Shown here: positions 1 to 10,959 of the stretch, piece after piece | How positions within the stretch are numbered: the stretch's first letter is position 1 | Layout of the letters: each line of letters begins with the position of its first letter | Assembly: GCA_964106645.2 (NCBI GenBank) | Contig: OZ067043.1 | DNA: 64,000 nt | Reading direction: 5' to 3' (one strand) | Source of the DNA: Podarcis pityusensis | Taxonomy: Eukaryota | Notes under the pieces: generated by a model | Seen by the model: the letters and a program-made list of their open reading frames with translations, nothing else | Database searches by the model: none | Told to the model about the DNA's origin: nothing | Made by a program: the position numbers and the translations under genes

Positions 1-165
1 AGTCTTGATAGGCCATTCAGCTTAGGATACTAGAAGCTGATGCAGCAATCTGCAATACACTTATTCTGGAGCAGTACCACCTGCATCTTCCCTTAACCTC
101 TAGTCTTGAGACACTGTTAATTTCTACAGTGACCTGGAAGTTGTGCCTTCTGTCCAGAAAACTCT

Positions 166-390
166 GGAAAGCCTGTGTGGTATAGCGGTTTAGAGTGTCA
201 GACTGAGGAGAACCAGCTTCAGAGCTCTCTTGGTCACAAAGCAGGGCACATTGGGATACTCATCATCTCGCAGCCTCATCTTCTATACAGGGTTGTGGTG
301 AGAGATAGATGGTGGAGGGGAACCATATATGTTGCCTTGAGCTCCTTGGAGAAAGGGTGGGATATAAATGTAATAAATAAATAAATAAAA
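166..390 (+). mobile_element. Degenerate tRNA-derived MIR/CORE-like SINE with (TAAA)n tail
   Basis: A-box-like tgtggtatagcggttt, core cagggttgtggtgag, tail gagctccttggagaaagggtgggatataaat(taaa)n. Same family as 13930, 16443 and 29150. Confidence 0.75.
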
Positions 391-2593
391 GTTGTCTCAA
401 TCTTGCAGGCATGGAAGATACTAAGGAAGAAACAAAAGACACTTTGAGCATGCTCAGCACATGTTTCCAAGGCTGTATGCACATTACTGGCTAAAAACAG
501 ATTGAGGTGGTTCTTTTTCTAAATTTGGATTGAAGCTGGTTGGGGCTATTTGAATGCATTGCCAGTGATCCTGATGAGCCTTCAGACCTTGACATCCCAG
601 CCACGGGACTGGAGGTTTCCACACTGGTTGTCTGGGTTCCTTGCTGGCTCCTGGATCTCCCCTCATTATGTCCACGAGCATAGGAGTTGGCATGTGAGGC
701 AGGAGCTTTCAGGGATGCTGGCAAAGTACCTGGCTTGCCACACATGAAGGGGGGAAATGCATGTACGCACCTGCCTAATCAGAACCTGGCTAAGAATTAG
801 GAAGGGGTGAAGTCTCCAGTTCCAACATCAGCTCTCAATGTGAACCCCAGCATTCCTGAAGCAACAGCATTCTGCCATTCTTGAACTTGGTAGCAGACAA
901 GAAGCTGTTGGAGCTTGGCTGTCCTCCCTTACTTGCATAGAACCTTAAGTGTGGAGAGAGGCCTGCATATAGAAATACCTCATTTTTGCACCAAAAGATT
1001 GTGTGAGCATGCCTAAGTTACCTAGGCATGACTTCATACTGAAGACTTGCTCCTGTGCTCTACCGTGTCTGAAGCATGCATGCTCAGACTGTGTGTGAAC
1101 TGGATCGATCCTTTAATAAAAGTAAAGCTTAGCATCCCCCCCCCCCCCGCAGTATAAATTTCCTCTTCCGGTTGCCCTGATAGTTTCATTCCCTTGGGTC
1201 TATGAGGTTATATGTTGGGAGTGGCTGCATGTTCCTTCTGCACTGTCCACATGATTTCCTAGATAGTTATGCAAAAAATCCTTGACCAGCATGGAGACAG
1301 TACTCCCAGCTGCCAGATCCACATGATGACTTAGTACTGTAATCCATTTGTGTCACCATTTTATAGTAACCTGACTTGCAAATTCTATCCTTGCTCTTGA
1401 GGTTTTCCTTGTGTTCAGCTTGGCTAGAAATGAGACCAGATAAACAGTAGGGGTATGTATAGCAATATAATTATTGCTTTATTTAATTAAGCTAGTGAAA
1501 GTCTACTCAAATGGATAGGTTACTCTGGCTGGAAGTGCAAAAAAATGCAAGGTTTTATGTACGTTAGTTGTGCTCAGCTTCATAGGAGAGACTTTCTTCA
1601 GACAGTGTCCTATCTGACTGACTGTTCTAAAGAAATTTGTATTGCGTGTAGCCAGGCTCTGGAAACATTTCCTTTTGATTGTCTTATTAACATTTTAAAG
1701 CCACATAGATAATAACCTGGGGTAGCATGACAGTTCAGCAACTTCGTTTGAGGGAAACACTTAATCATATTTATTATGTAAACACAGCATGCCTTGCCCC
1801 CGTTAAATTATTAATAGTACCATTAACATATTTACATATAAATCTTATTGCAATTGATGAAAACTGTGAACAGAACCTCACACTGTCTCCCCTTTGTAGA
1901 ATAGATTCTCTGTATTTTACAGAGACCCATTTATTAAAGGGACAAAATACTTTTTTTTTGGCTCAAAGTTCATGTCGAAAATGTTGCCTCCGCAGTTTTG
2001 GAAATTGGCATTAATGTGAAACCCAGTGACACTGATTTCTTCCCCCCACAATCTTCATTTCTTTTCAAAATGTCATTATTATATAGTGTAATTAATGGAA
2101 AGGATTGCATTGCATTTCAGTTGCTCTTGTAACATTTAAATTTTTTTGATGAATAAGAACCAGCCCCCTGCTAATATAATAAGGATGGCTGATAGTTAAA
2201 GGAAAATATCAGAATTTCATTATTTTCCTTTGTATTGATAATTTTACTCTAATAGTCTTAGAAGATAACAAATACAGACAAGCTGATATATTTAATTGGA
2301 TCAATGTCTGGGGAATTTCAAAAGCTTTCATGGGAGTCCATCATGTGTATCTTGCAAGCCACATATCCCTACACAAATCAAGGATAGTCCAGTGACACTA
2401 TCCCTTTCCTAGCCATCTTCTCCTTAGCAACAACTATAAAAAATAGAACTCAGAACCTATCTTCTCTCTTTTTGTTTTGTTTATTGTTACCTTTAAGCTT
2501 AACCTGGTGTGCTGAGCATGCCAACTTGATTGTATCATCTGCAACAAATTCTTTGGGGTTTCTTTACCATTGTAGAACTGTCCTACTCCAGAC

Positions 2594-2727
2594 CAGTATT
2601 CCTCAACCTTGGATTCCCAGATGTGGTTGGATTACAACTGCCATCACCCCCAGCCTCTGCTTTATCTGTCTGGGGGCTATGGGAGCTGTGGTGCAACAAT
2701 ATCTGGGGACCCAAGATTGAAGAATAT
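2594..2727. mobile_element. Palindromic non-autonomous DNA transposon (hAT-like MITE)
   Basis: Arms cccagatgtggttggattacaactgccatcacccccag / ctgggggctatgggagctgtggtgcaacaatatctggg. Relatives at 9683-9772, 20912-21051, 38652-38789 and 62782-62917. Confidence 0.7.
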
Positions 2728-2792
2728 TCCTTTAGTCATCCCTCCAAGACTGAATCCCTTTTGGAAAGTAAGGAAGCATTTTATATTTTCTT

Positions 2793-3222
2793 TTTTCTTT
2801 TCTTTTTTGTATATATTTTTTATTAAATTTTCTGTTTTATCATTTAAAATACTCATTTTACATCCTTACGATATCAATGACTTCACTTCTTCTCTTTCCA
2901 TGGTTCATTTTACATATCATAAATCCCTGCATATTTTACAAAAACTATACCATTCAGTATTTCATTATTACATCCATCAAAACATATTTACACTGTTGAA
3001 TTTATCTTAATGCTGTACACAAATTATTTCCCATATATTCAATAAACGTTTTCCAATCTTCCTTAAACCTATGTTCTTCTTGTTCTCTTATTCTATATGT
3101 TAAGTCTGCAAGTTGTGCATATTCTGTCAACTTAAGTTGCCATTCTTCTTTGGTTGGGACCTCGCTCAATTTCCATTTTTGGGCTAACAAAACACGGGCT
3201 GCAGTAGTAGCATACATAAATA
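2793..3222 (-). mobile_element. 5'-truncated L1-clade LINE (ORF2 C-terminus + 3' UTR + A-rich tail)
   Basis: ORF 3002-3217 YATTAARVLLAQKWK...EEWQLKLTEYAQLA...FKEDWKTFIEY resembles a non-mammalian L1 ORF2 end. 13-bp TSD tttatattttctt at 2780-2792 and 3223-3235. Confidence 0.88.
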
Positions 3223-4740
3223 TTTATATTTTCTTCCACTAGGACTAATTCCTGTTCTTGGCATAGCCATGTTACCCTAGACTCCCTGTGCTTCAGTTTA
3301 TTCTCCTGAAGCTTTGAACCATTAGCATGAACAGGAAGGCAGTGGCAAAGAATACATGTATCTACATACTCCCTATACTCACCTTGTTCTGAATGCTGAC
3401 TATAAATTCTTTCTTGGAAAAAATAAGTATTTGATATAAGTGTTTGATCCTCCCCCCTACCCCCAGCAATTTCTCATGAAACAGGCACTTTCAGAAAAAT
3501 CATAAGAAAGCAATTGTTTCAAATTGGTCATTTGGGACTCAAATTACTAATCTAATACATTTTTATGGAGGTTTTCTGAGAGCTCCTATAAAATACAGTC
3601 TGTGAAGCTGCCCCAACATACCAGCGTTTTGAGTCTGACAGATCGAACCCAACAATCTCTCTGGGCTATTCAGGTTTAGGACCTGTGAGGCTGTTGCTGC
3701 CACCATGATAGAAATGTTTATATTCCTTCATCAATAGTGCCTGCCTTGCCAAGAGTTTTAAATTCTTCTGGGGTGGATTTTCCACCTTGCCCTGATTGGG
3801 GGTGGGAGGTGGGGAGGGGACAGAAATGGAGCATTTGAAAGAGGAGAATTGAGGAGCACTTTCTAGATGAATTCCCTCCAGTTGCACCCTGTCTTGCCAC
3901 CAATTTGGGATATCGAAATCTGAGTTCTTAGACTAATGTAGTTATTGGCTCATTTCTCTTTTTGTCTGGATAGAGAAGAGGTTGCTGTAGTGAGAAGAGT
4001 GTTGGGTCCCTTTTTACTAGGGCTCTTTAGTGGGACGACAACCCCACCCACCCATACCCTGGGAACATTTGTGGTATGACATTTCAGCAGGAGGCTATGG
4101 GACACACCCTGATTGGAAACAAATCTACCCTAAAAATATTGCCGGTGCAAACAATAGTGAAAGAGACATAATGCATAACTGCTCCAATATCATCATGAGG
4201 ACAAATCATTATGAATGCATGATCTGAAGAGTTCCATAGTGCTGTATTCTCCCAAAGAATTCCAGTATTCCCATTAGCTATGGGCAAAATCCTAGTGATA
4301 TTTATTAAGCAATAAACACCACTTGCTTTGATGGGACTTACTCTCCAGAAAGTGCATTTATGATCTCAGTTTTTGATCAGCAAAGGTTTCCCTGAGGTAT
4401 GTTTTAAAGTAGTGCCTTCTTTTCCTGGCTACTAGCTCTTTATTGTTCATTTCCTAATTATACCCTTCAGTCAGCAAAAATCTCCCCATTTAACATTGTT
4501 TAAATCAGCCCCTTCTCCCTGTACGAATTCCCTTCTGACCTAGCCCAGGAAATAACCAATTAAAGAGCCAGTAGCCAGGAGAAACAGGAGTGGCTGAAAA
4601 CCACATTAAAAAGGTAGACCTTTACTGAAATTAGCCCTTTTCATTAGTTGTTCTTGAACTCACCAGCAGAATTATTGAAAATGGTCTTTAAAAAACAATA
4701 CCTGGATCATCTAAAATAAAAATTATGCAATTGTGCTTTA

Positions 4741-4982
4741 CAGTGGTACCTCGAGTTACAGACGCTTCAGGTTACATACGCTTCAGGTTACAGAATCCAC
4801 TAACCCAGAAATAGTACCTCGGGTTAAGAACTTTGCTTCAGGATGAGAACAGAAATCGCACGGCGGCGGCACGGCAGCAGTGGGAGGCCCCATTAGCTAA
4901 AGTGGTACCTCAGGTTAAGAACAGTTTCAGGTTAAGAATGGACCTCCAGAACGAATTAAGTTCTTAACCCGAGGTACCACTG
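4741..4982. mobile_element. Tc1/mariner (Tigger-like) MITE
   Basis: TIRs CAGTGGTACCTCG...CGAGGTACCACTG with TA on both sides (4739-4740, 4983-4984). Second copy at 44515. Confidence 0.93.
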
Positions 4983-5296
4983 TATTTTAAAAAATCATTA
5001 TGTTTTAATTGTACACTCATGTTTCAGTAAAAAAGCAATATCAGATTATGATTTTTTTAACGATGAAATTCCAGCTGCCTGGGAAAGACCCACATAGCAA
5101 GACATGTAAATACAGTGGCATCAGGAAATGCAAGCAAACAATACAGGGCATCAGTGGTAGTTTGTCATTCTATGCTGGACAGGTTGGTGCTGCAACTGAA
5201 ACTGCATTCAAAGTCAGAAAATCACCACAAATCAGGTGTTTCAAAATCAACATGTAAAACATTAGAATTGTAACAGGTGGCCAGTGATACTGTCTG

Positions 5297-5650
5297 AGGG
5301 CTTATCCACACTTAATTTTTGTCCCACTCTTTCCAGACACAGGTCCATGCTTTAAAGCTCTGTGTCTGAGTGTGGGGTGTTGTTGGTTTTTGCCCCAGAG
5401 CTTTCACCGCGAAAATGTGCTCTTTAGCAGTCAATTGGAGCAAACGTCAGTTCGAATTTTCTGTGGATTGCCATTTGCTCCAATTAAGCATTAAAGAACA
5501 GATTTTTTTTGCGGGGAAAGCTCTGGAGCAAAAAGAAAGAAAAAGAAAGAGTGTTTCTTGAGTTCTGTGTAATAACCATGGGCTGGGGGTGCACATTACT
5601 ACTTACTTTGGCTCCAGTGTGCTCCCACCACTGGTGGTTCAAGGTGAGTG
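5297..5650. mobile_element. PIF/Harbinger-like MITE, left arm and interior
   Basis: Begins agggcttatccacactt. Internal inverted repeat aattggagcaaa/tttgctccaatt. Interior gagttctgtgtaataac...gtgtgctcccaccactggtg is shared with the complete copy at 60097. Confidence 0.75.
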
Positions 5651-6684
5651 CACATGACATTAGCCACAACCCATCTGCATCTTGTAGTTTCTTGAGAAAT
5701 ACTGCTGACGAAATTCCCTCAGACTGGGTTCCATCCGATTCAAAAACGTAAGTCACATTTAAGCTAAAGTTTGTACGTTGTAGACATTTTAGATGATGGC
5801 ACGTTTTAATAGGAATTAATAGGAGCTGCAGGCATGGGGAAACAAATCCGGTAATAACTTACAGTGTGTACAACACCACAGAATGTGACTTGACAAGGGG
5901 AAATGATCTCCCTTCATTTTAAGCCGCTAATTTGTACATGCCTTTAGTCTTGGACCAGGGAGAAGTGTGGTTAGAGCTTTACTCAGCCAGGCAATTTATG
6001 TGGCAGTGTTAGGGAAATCACTTTGGAAGCGACAGTCCAGGAAAGCAGTTGAAGAAGACAGCGTGGCTCCTTCATCCTTTGGCCATGCTGAACATTTTGT
6101 TTGGTGCATGTGCATGTACACACAAGTGGATACAGAAGATGAATGTTCTTAACAGAAGTGTGGGAAAGCAGAATGTGGGGCTCCAGCCCATTCTCCTCAT
6201 CTTACCCTTTTCTTGACTCTTCCACTTTCCTTGCTTTATCTCCTGCCACTTCCCCCATTCTACAACTGCTGCTTCCCCTCCCTGTGGTTCTTCGTGTATC
6301 AACAAGCTACTGCTCCTGGTGTAACAAGACCAGGCTAAATCTGCTTAGCCTTGCCCCATGTGTGCCAAAGTAACAACCACATCTTGCAGAGATGTCGGTA
6401 AACAATACCTTGCCTCTTCTCCCCATAGAAGAAATGGAGAGTGCCAGAGTGCGCCATGAATGACCATGAGCCATCTGGTCAGTGTCCTGTCCCCGATGAA
6501 CCACTTACTTAAAGCTTCATGGGGAGTATATGGGAAAGAAGTCTGTGATGCAAGTATCACCCTGCCATCAATCTTTCCCCAATGTTTTAGCATACATATG
6601 CATACTTTCCTAAGCTTAAGTCATAGAAGGTCAGTTCCCCCCACCCCGCTTTTATGGTTGTTGTAAAAATAATTAAATCAGGAA

Positions 6685-6768
6685 GTGCAATCCTGTACAT
6701 GTCTAGTTAGATGTCTCATTGAGTTCAGTGGGGCTTGTTCTCAGTTTAGGAGGTATAGGATTGCAGCG
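6685..6768. mobile_element. Short palindromic MITE-like repeat
   Basis: Ends tgcaatcct / aggattgca. Degenerate relatives at about 4282-4370 and 57010-57095. Confidence 0.55.
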
Positions 6769-7559
6769 TGGACCTTCTAATATTCTTCTATAGAAATCAT
6801 ATAGCAGTCAGTTCCACAGTTTAATTTCTTTTATTTGCTATCTGATTGTAAGCATGGTTGAAGCTTGTTGGTATGTGTCAAATCTTCTGTTGCTGATATG
6901 GAGAATTCTGCATTACTTTAGTAAATTAGACACTAGATTATCTTTAGCCATTCTCCAGTCCTGTGTTTCTTAACAACGGTTGAGCTTTAATACATGCAAA
7001 ATTATAAAGCTTAGGATGTGTTGACATCCTGCCTTTTTGTGATCCAGGAGAGGTGGAGAGAGGGCCCAGCAGACTGTAAAAAGAAATCAAACAGTGAAGA
7101 GAAACAACCCCTGAGCTTGCCAAGGAGCAGACTCAATATTGTCTTTTCTGTTCTCCGACTCATCCCCCCCCCCCTTCTTTTATGAGCTGCTCTCATTGGC
7201 AGCAACATAAAAATGTGGTTGTAAGGAGGAGGATTGTTTTGATAGCGCCTGCTATTCTGGACTAGACAGCTGAAGAAGCACCGGAGTGGAAAAGTAAAAA
7301 GATGGAGAGGAAATTTGCAAGGAACAACTGGGGGGAGCTGAACCAGTCTCAGTCTTTCTCTGGGACAGTTTACATTGGCAACCTTTGAGGAATCCAGTAA
7401 GCTGTGCTTCTCTCTTGAACATACAAAGGTTAGATAATACTTTGAACATCAAATGACTGACATGTTTCAAGGCAGGCAGAGCTTTTTCTCACTAATTGTA
7501 CCTTCCATAGTGCCAGCACTGTGTTTGTGGAAGGGGAGTGACTAAACCTAGACTAGGCA

Positions 7560-8682
7560 TGATGATGATGATGATTTTATTATTTATATGCTGCCTTGTA
7601 TCCTAAGACTATATGTTACTTATATACAACAATAATAACTGAAAGTAATCACACTAGGCATCCCTCCCAGTACACATTTCTTACCATAAAGTCATCACAA
7701 GTGATCACCTTAAAAAAGCAGCTAAAAGCCATCCACTGAGTAAGCCAGCTACATATATCAACATTCAAATGGCACCCCAAAAAGCCAATGCTACTCATAT
7801 ATTCAGACAGCCTGGTCCCAGTTGTAAGTATGGCCACTTAATTTTGAGCCAGTTGAAATGTCTGAACTATCTTCAAAGGCAGCCCTATGTATTAGGCATT
7901 ACAACAGTCTAAATTTGTGGTTACCAGAGCATAAACAACTGAAGTCAAGCTATCCTCATTGAAATAGGGGTGTAGTTGGGTCACCAGCTGAATCTAGCAG
8001 AAGGCACTTGGTGCCACAGAGTCCACCTGGACCTCCATGACAGTGATGGATCCAGGAGTAGCCTCAAAGTAGAAACCTGCTCCTTCAATGAGAGTGCAAC
8101 CTCAGTCATAACTGGGTTATGGTTAGGTTCTCCCTGTCCAGATAAGTGTGTACCTGGGTCACTAGCCGAAGCTGATGGAAGACACTCAGCACCACTGAGC
8201 CAGTGTGGTGTAGTGGTTAAGAGTGGTGGACTCGTAATCTGGTGAACTGGGTTCACGTCCCTGCTCCTCCACATGCAGCTGCTGGGTGACCTTGGGCTAG
8301 TCACACTTCTTGAAGTCTCTCAGCCTCACTCACGTCACAAAGTGTTGGTTGTGGGGGAGGAAGGGAAAGGAGATTGTTAGCTGCTTTGAGACTCCTTAGG
8401 GTAGTGATGAAGTGGGATATCAAACCCAAACTCCTCCTCCTCTTCTTCTTCCTCTTCTTCTTCACTTGAGCCTCAAGTGACAGCAAAGGATCCTGAAGCT
8501 ACATAATCGACCCTTCAGAGGGAGTGTAGCCCTATCAAGGGCAGGCAACCTCCCATCCATCCAGTCCAGGGAACCACCCACTAACAGAGCCTCAGACATA
8601 TCTGGATTGAGCTTCAGTTTGTCTCTCAACCAGTCCATTACTGAGGCAAGAAAACAGTCCTTCATCTCCACTGCCACACCTT
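7560..8682 (-). mobile_element. Composite L2 LINE remnant (RT C-terminal part + 3' tail), interrupted by a SINE
   Basis: Minus-strand translations VMDWLRDKLKLNPD..EALLV, LSLKEQV..LLDPSLS and ALVTTNLDCCNA*YIGLPLKIVQTFQLAQN match the L2 motifs LKLNPDKTE / LDYCNALYVGLP. Frameshifts and stops present. Confidence 0.85.
8197..8463 (+). mobile_element. Squam3-type tRNA-derived SINE (lacertid form)
   Basis: Head gagccagtgtggtgtagtggttaagag, B-box-like gggttcacgtcc, body tgggtgaccttgggctagtcacac, tail gggatatcaaacccaaa(CTC/CTT)n. Possible 4-bp TSD cact. Confidence 0.88.
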
Positions 8683-9275
8683 TCAACTCTCAACTTTCTA
8701 TTTTCAACTTTCCTTCTAACTTCTAACTAAGCTTGGTCCTTCAAACTAACAGTGAGCCAGTGGAGGGGCCCCACCCATTTGCCATCTCACACAGAGCCCC
8801 TTTCCTTTGTTTCCCTTAATGGCCCATCACCCAGGCAAGCTCCTCAACTTAGGAAGCTAGCCTGGCTTATATTTTAACACTTGCAGAATCCAGGAGTTAG
8901 AAGGGTCTCACATACAGCCTACTTTCTCCCCCTCAAGAGCAAGAAATGCTTTGAAAATAAAATGTAAGTTTGAGTGGTTTAGTAAAAGGCTGGCTTTCCC
9001 AAGAGAGTCCTGTGAGCTGCAAAAGTCCTATTCAGCTTTTTCTAGTTTTTTGGGGGTGCGGGTGAGGGCCTCTTTCCAACTGGCACTCAGGAACAGCAGA
9101 TTTTGCAAGTTCTACATTCCTTCCCCTAAATTAAACCTTTGTTAGCTCTCTTGGAATGCTTATACAATTCTGTATTTGTTCACGTGGAATCTGATGCAGA
9201 GACACTCCCTCAACCAATCAATTTAAGTTGACTACTGCAAAGCATGGATAATAATTATAAAGAAGGGAACAATAT

Positions 9276-9578
9276 ATATATATATATTTATTTTTAAATA
9301 ATTTTTATTAACAGGCCAATCACATCACATTATCCAAATCACATTAGTTCCAAATTATACAGCCAAATTTTAAATTTTGTTGGGGGTACCCATCCAGCAA
9401 GCTCCGCACGAGTCCAAAACTCTGAACGAGTCCAAACATCACTTATATTACTGCTTTAATTAGACAGTTCTATCCAGTTCAATCTAGATAGTCCTTTATT
9501 ACTGTCTTTCTCTTCTTGTTGTTATCGTATATTCCTTTCTTTGCAATCTCTGATAATTTTCACAAGCAGATTGAAAAC
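9276..9578 (-). mobile_element. 5'-truncated retroposon (L1-like 3' UTR) with perfect 17-bp TSD
   Basis: aaagaagggaacaatat at 9259-9275 and 9579-9595. A/AT-rich tail on the minus strand. Confidence 0.8.
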
Positions 9579-9953
9579 AAAGAAGGGAACAATATTTTTA
9601 TCCGTTCTGTGCATAACTTTACAAACCAGTTTCATGTCCCTTGTTACGGTAGTTGCATTTTCCTTGAACTATAGTAATGGGGTTCCTTTAGGCTTCCTGA
9701 TGTTGTTGGACTCCAGTGTTCAGGGATGATGGAAGCTGTAGTCCAGTAGCATCCAGAGGGCCACCAGTTCCCTGGGGTAACCAGAACTGTGCACAATATT
9801 TCATAAATTTATATAGTCATTATGATAGTGGCAGCCTTATTTTCAGCCACTTTCATTATCCTAGGATGAAATTTGCTGAATTTTGTTTCCTGCCCCACAC
9901 TGAGATGAGGATCCAGGTCAGGGACCCTATCATAATGGCTAGGCGGCATTAAC

Positions 9954-9954
<1 letters not shown>

Positions 9955-9996
<42 letters not shown>
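9955..9996. repeat. (TG)n microsatellite
   Basis: About 21 TG units. Confidence 0.95.
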
Positions 9997-9999
<3 letters not shown>

Positions 10000-10309
10000 C
10001 CGCTATTTGCATTAGAAGTAGAAATCCTATTTAATGGGTTTTACAACCACACAAGCCAATAAATAGCATCCTGTTTCACAATTCAAAATTTTGATACATT
10101 ATTCTGACTGACTCACTGAGCTCTTCACCCTGATCCTCACCCACTTACACACTGCCATCAGTATGTGTACAGTGCTTTATGTAAGTCCAAGAGGATAGGT
10201 GTCCCTGCTTTGAAGCTCTCACCATCTAAAATCCATATCACAAGCAGTTACATTCCATAACAGAGTGTTCCATAGGTCTATGGTGAGCAGTGAGAGAGAG
10301 AGTTATATT

Positions 10310-10790
10310 TTTATTAGTTTATAAAGCCTGCAACATGTTCATTTAACTGCCTTCCCTCTAGCTCTTTGTATTATGTGAAAATGTATTTAACTTTTTCTGA
10401 TTAATTTATTATTTTAAACATCTTCGATGTTCCTTTAGCTATGTCATTTGAATCATAATCATCGTTTTGGTAAAAGCCTCGAGCCGATCGTTTCATTGCT
10501 GTTTTAAATGACTATGGTGCCTTTTTGTTTTTCGTTCAACAAGAATATGAATAAGTGCTTTCGCAGATGAAATTAGTGGGCAGAAATGACTCATTCTACC
10601 ATCTCACTTGTAAAATATACCCTCAAATAAGAGGAGTGTTGTGCATTGAGGGGGGGTGCTGACTTTTTAAAATTACAAATGAATGTAACAAATCTATAAG
10701 TATTTAGTCTGTGAAACGTTTGGTTTTGAATGAGCTGAGCAGTGTAAATCATTGCTGATTTACATATAGATTTGTGAGATGTGGATGCTT
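10310..10790. promoter_or_regulatory. Candidate conserved non-coding enhancer
   Basis: Repeat-free, AT-rich, retains CpGs; inverted pair TGTAAATCA-ttgc-TGATTTACA. Confidence 0.5.
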
Positions 10791-10918
10791 CAGATCTCTT
10801 GGACCTCAAGCTGATCCCTCTCCACTTAGTATAGCCAGCACAAGAGGCCAACCTTTGCCAAAGTGGTCCCCCCCCCGGCGCACCCACCCTGGGCAGCGAT
10901 TGGGCACATTACGCCACT

Positions 10919-10959
10919 GATCCTCAGGAACAGGTCCAGATCCTCAGGAACAGGTCCAG
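10919..10959. repeat. Perfect 20-bp tandem duplication
   Basis: gatcctcaggaacaggtcca x2, directly after a hAT-like right end (ttacgccactg). Confidence 0.9.

Noticed and set aside
8197-8275. tRNA genes (also 13930, 15995, 42315, 46116)
   Set aside because: A/B boxes continue into SINE bodies and tails; no intact cloverleaf.
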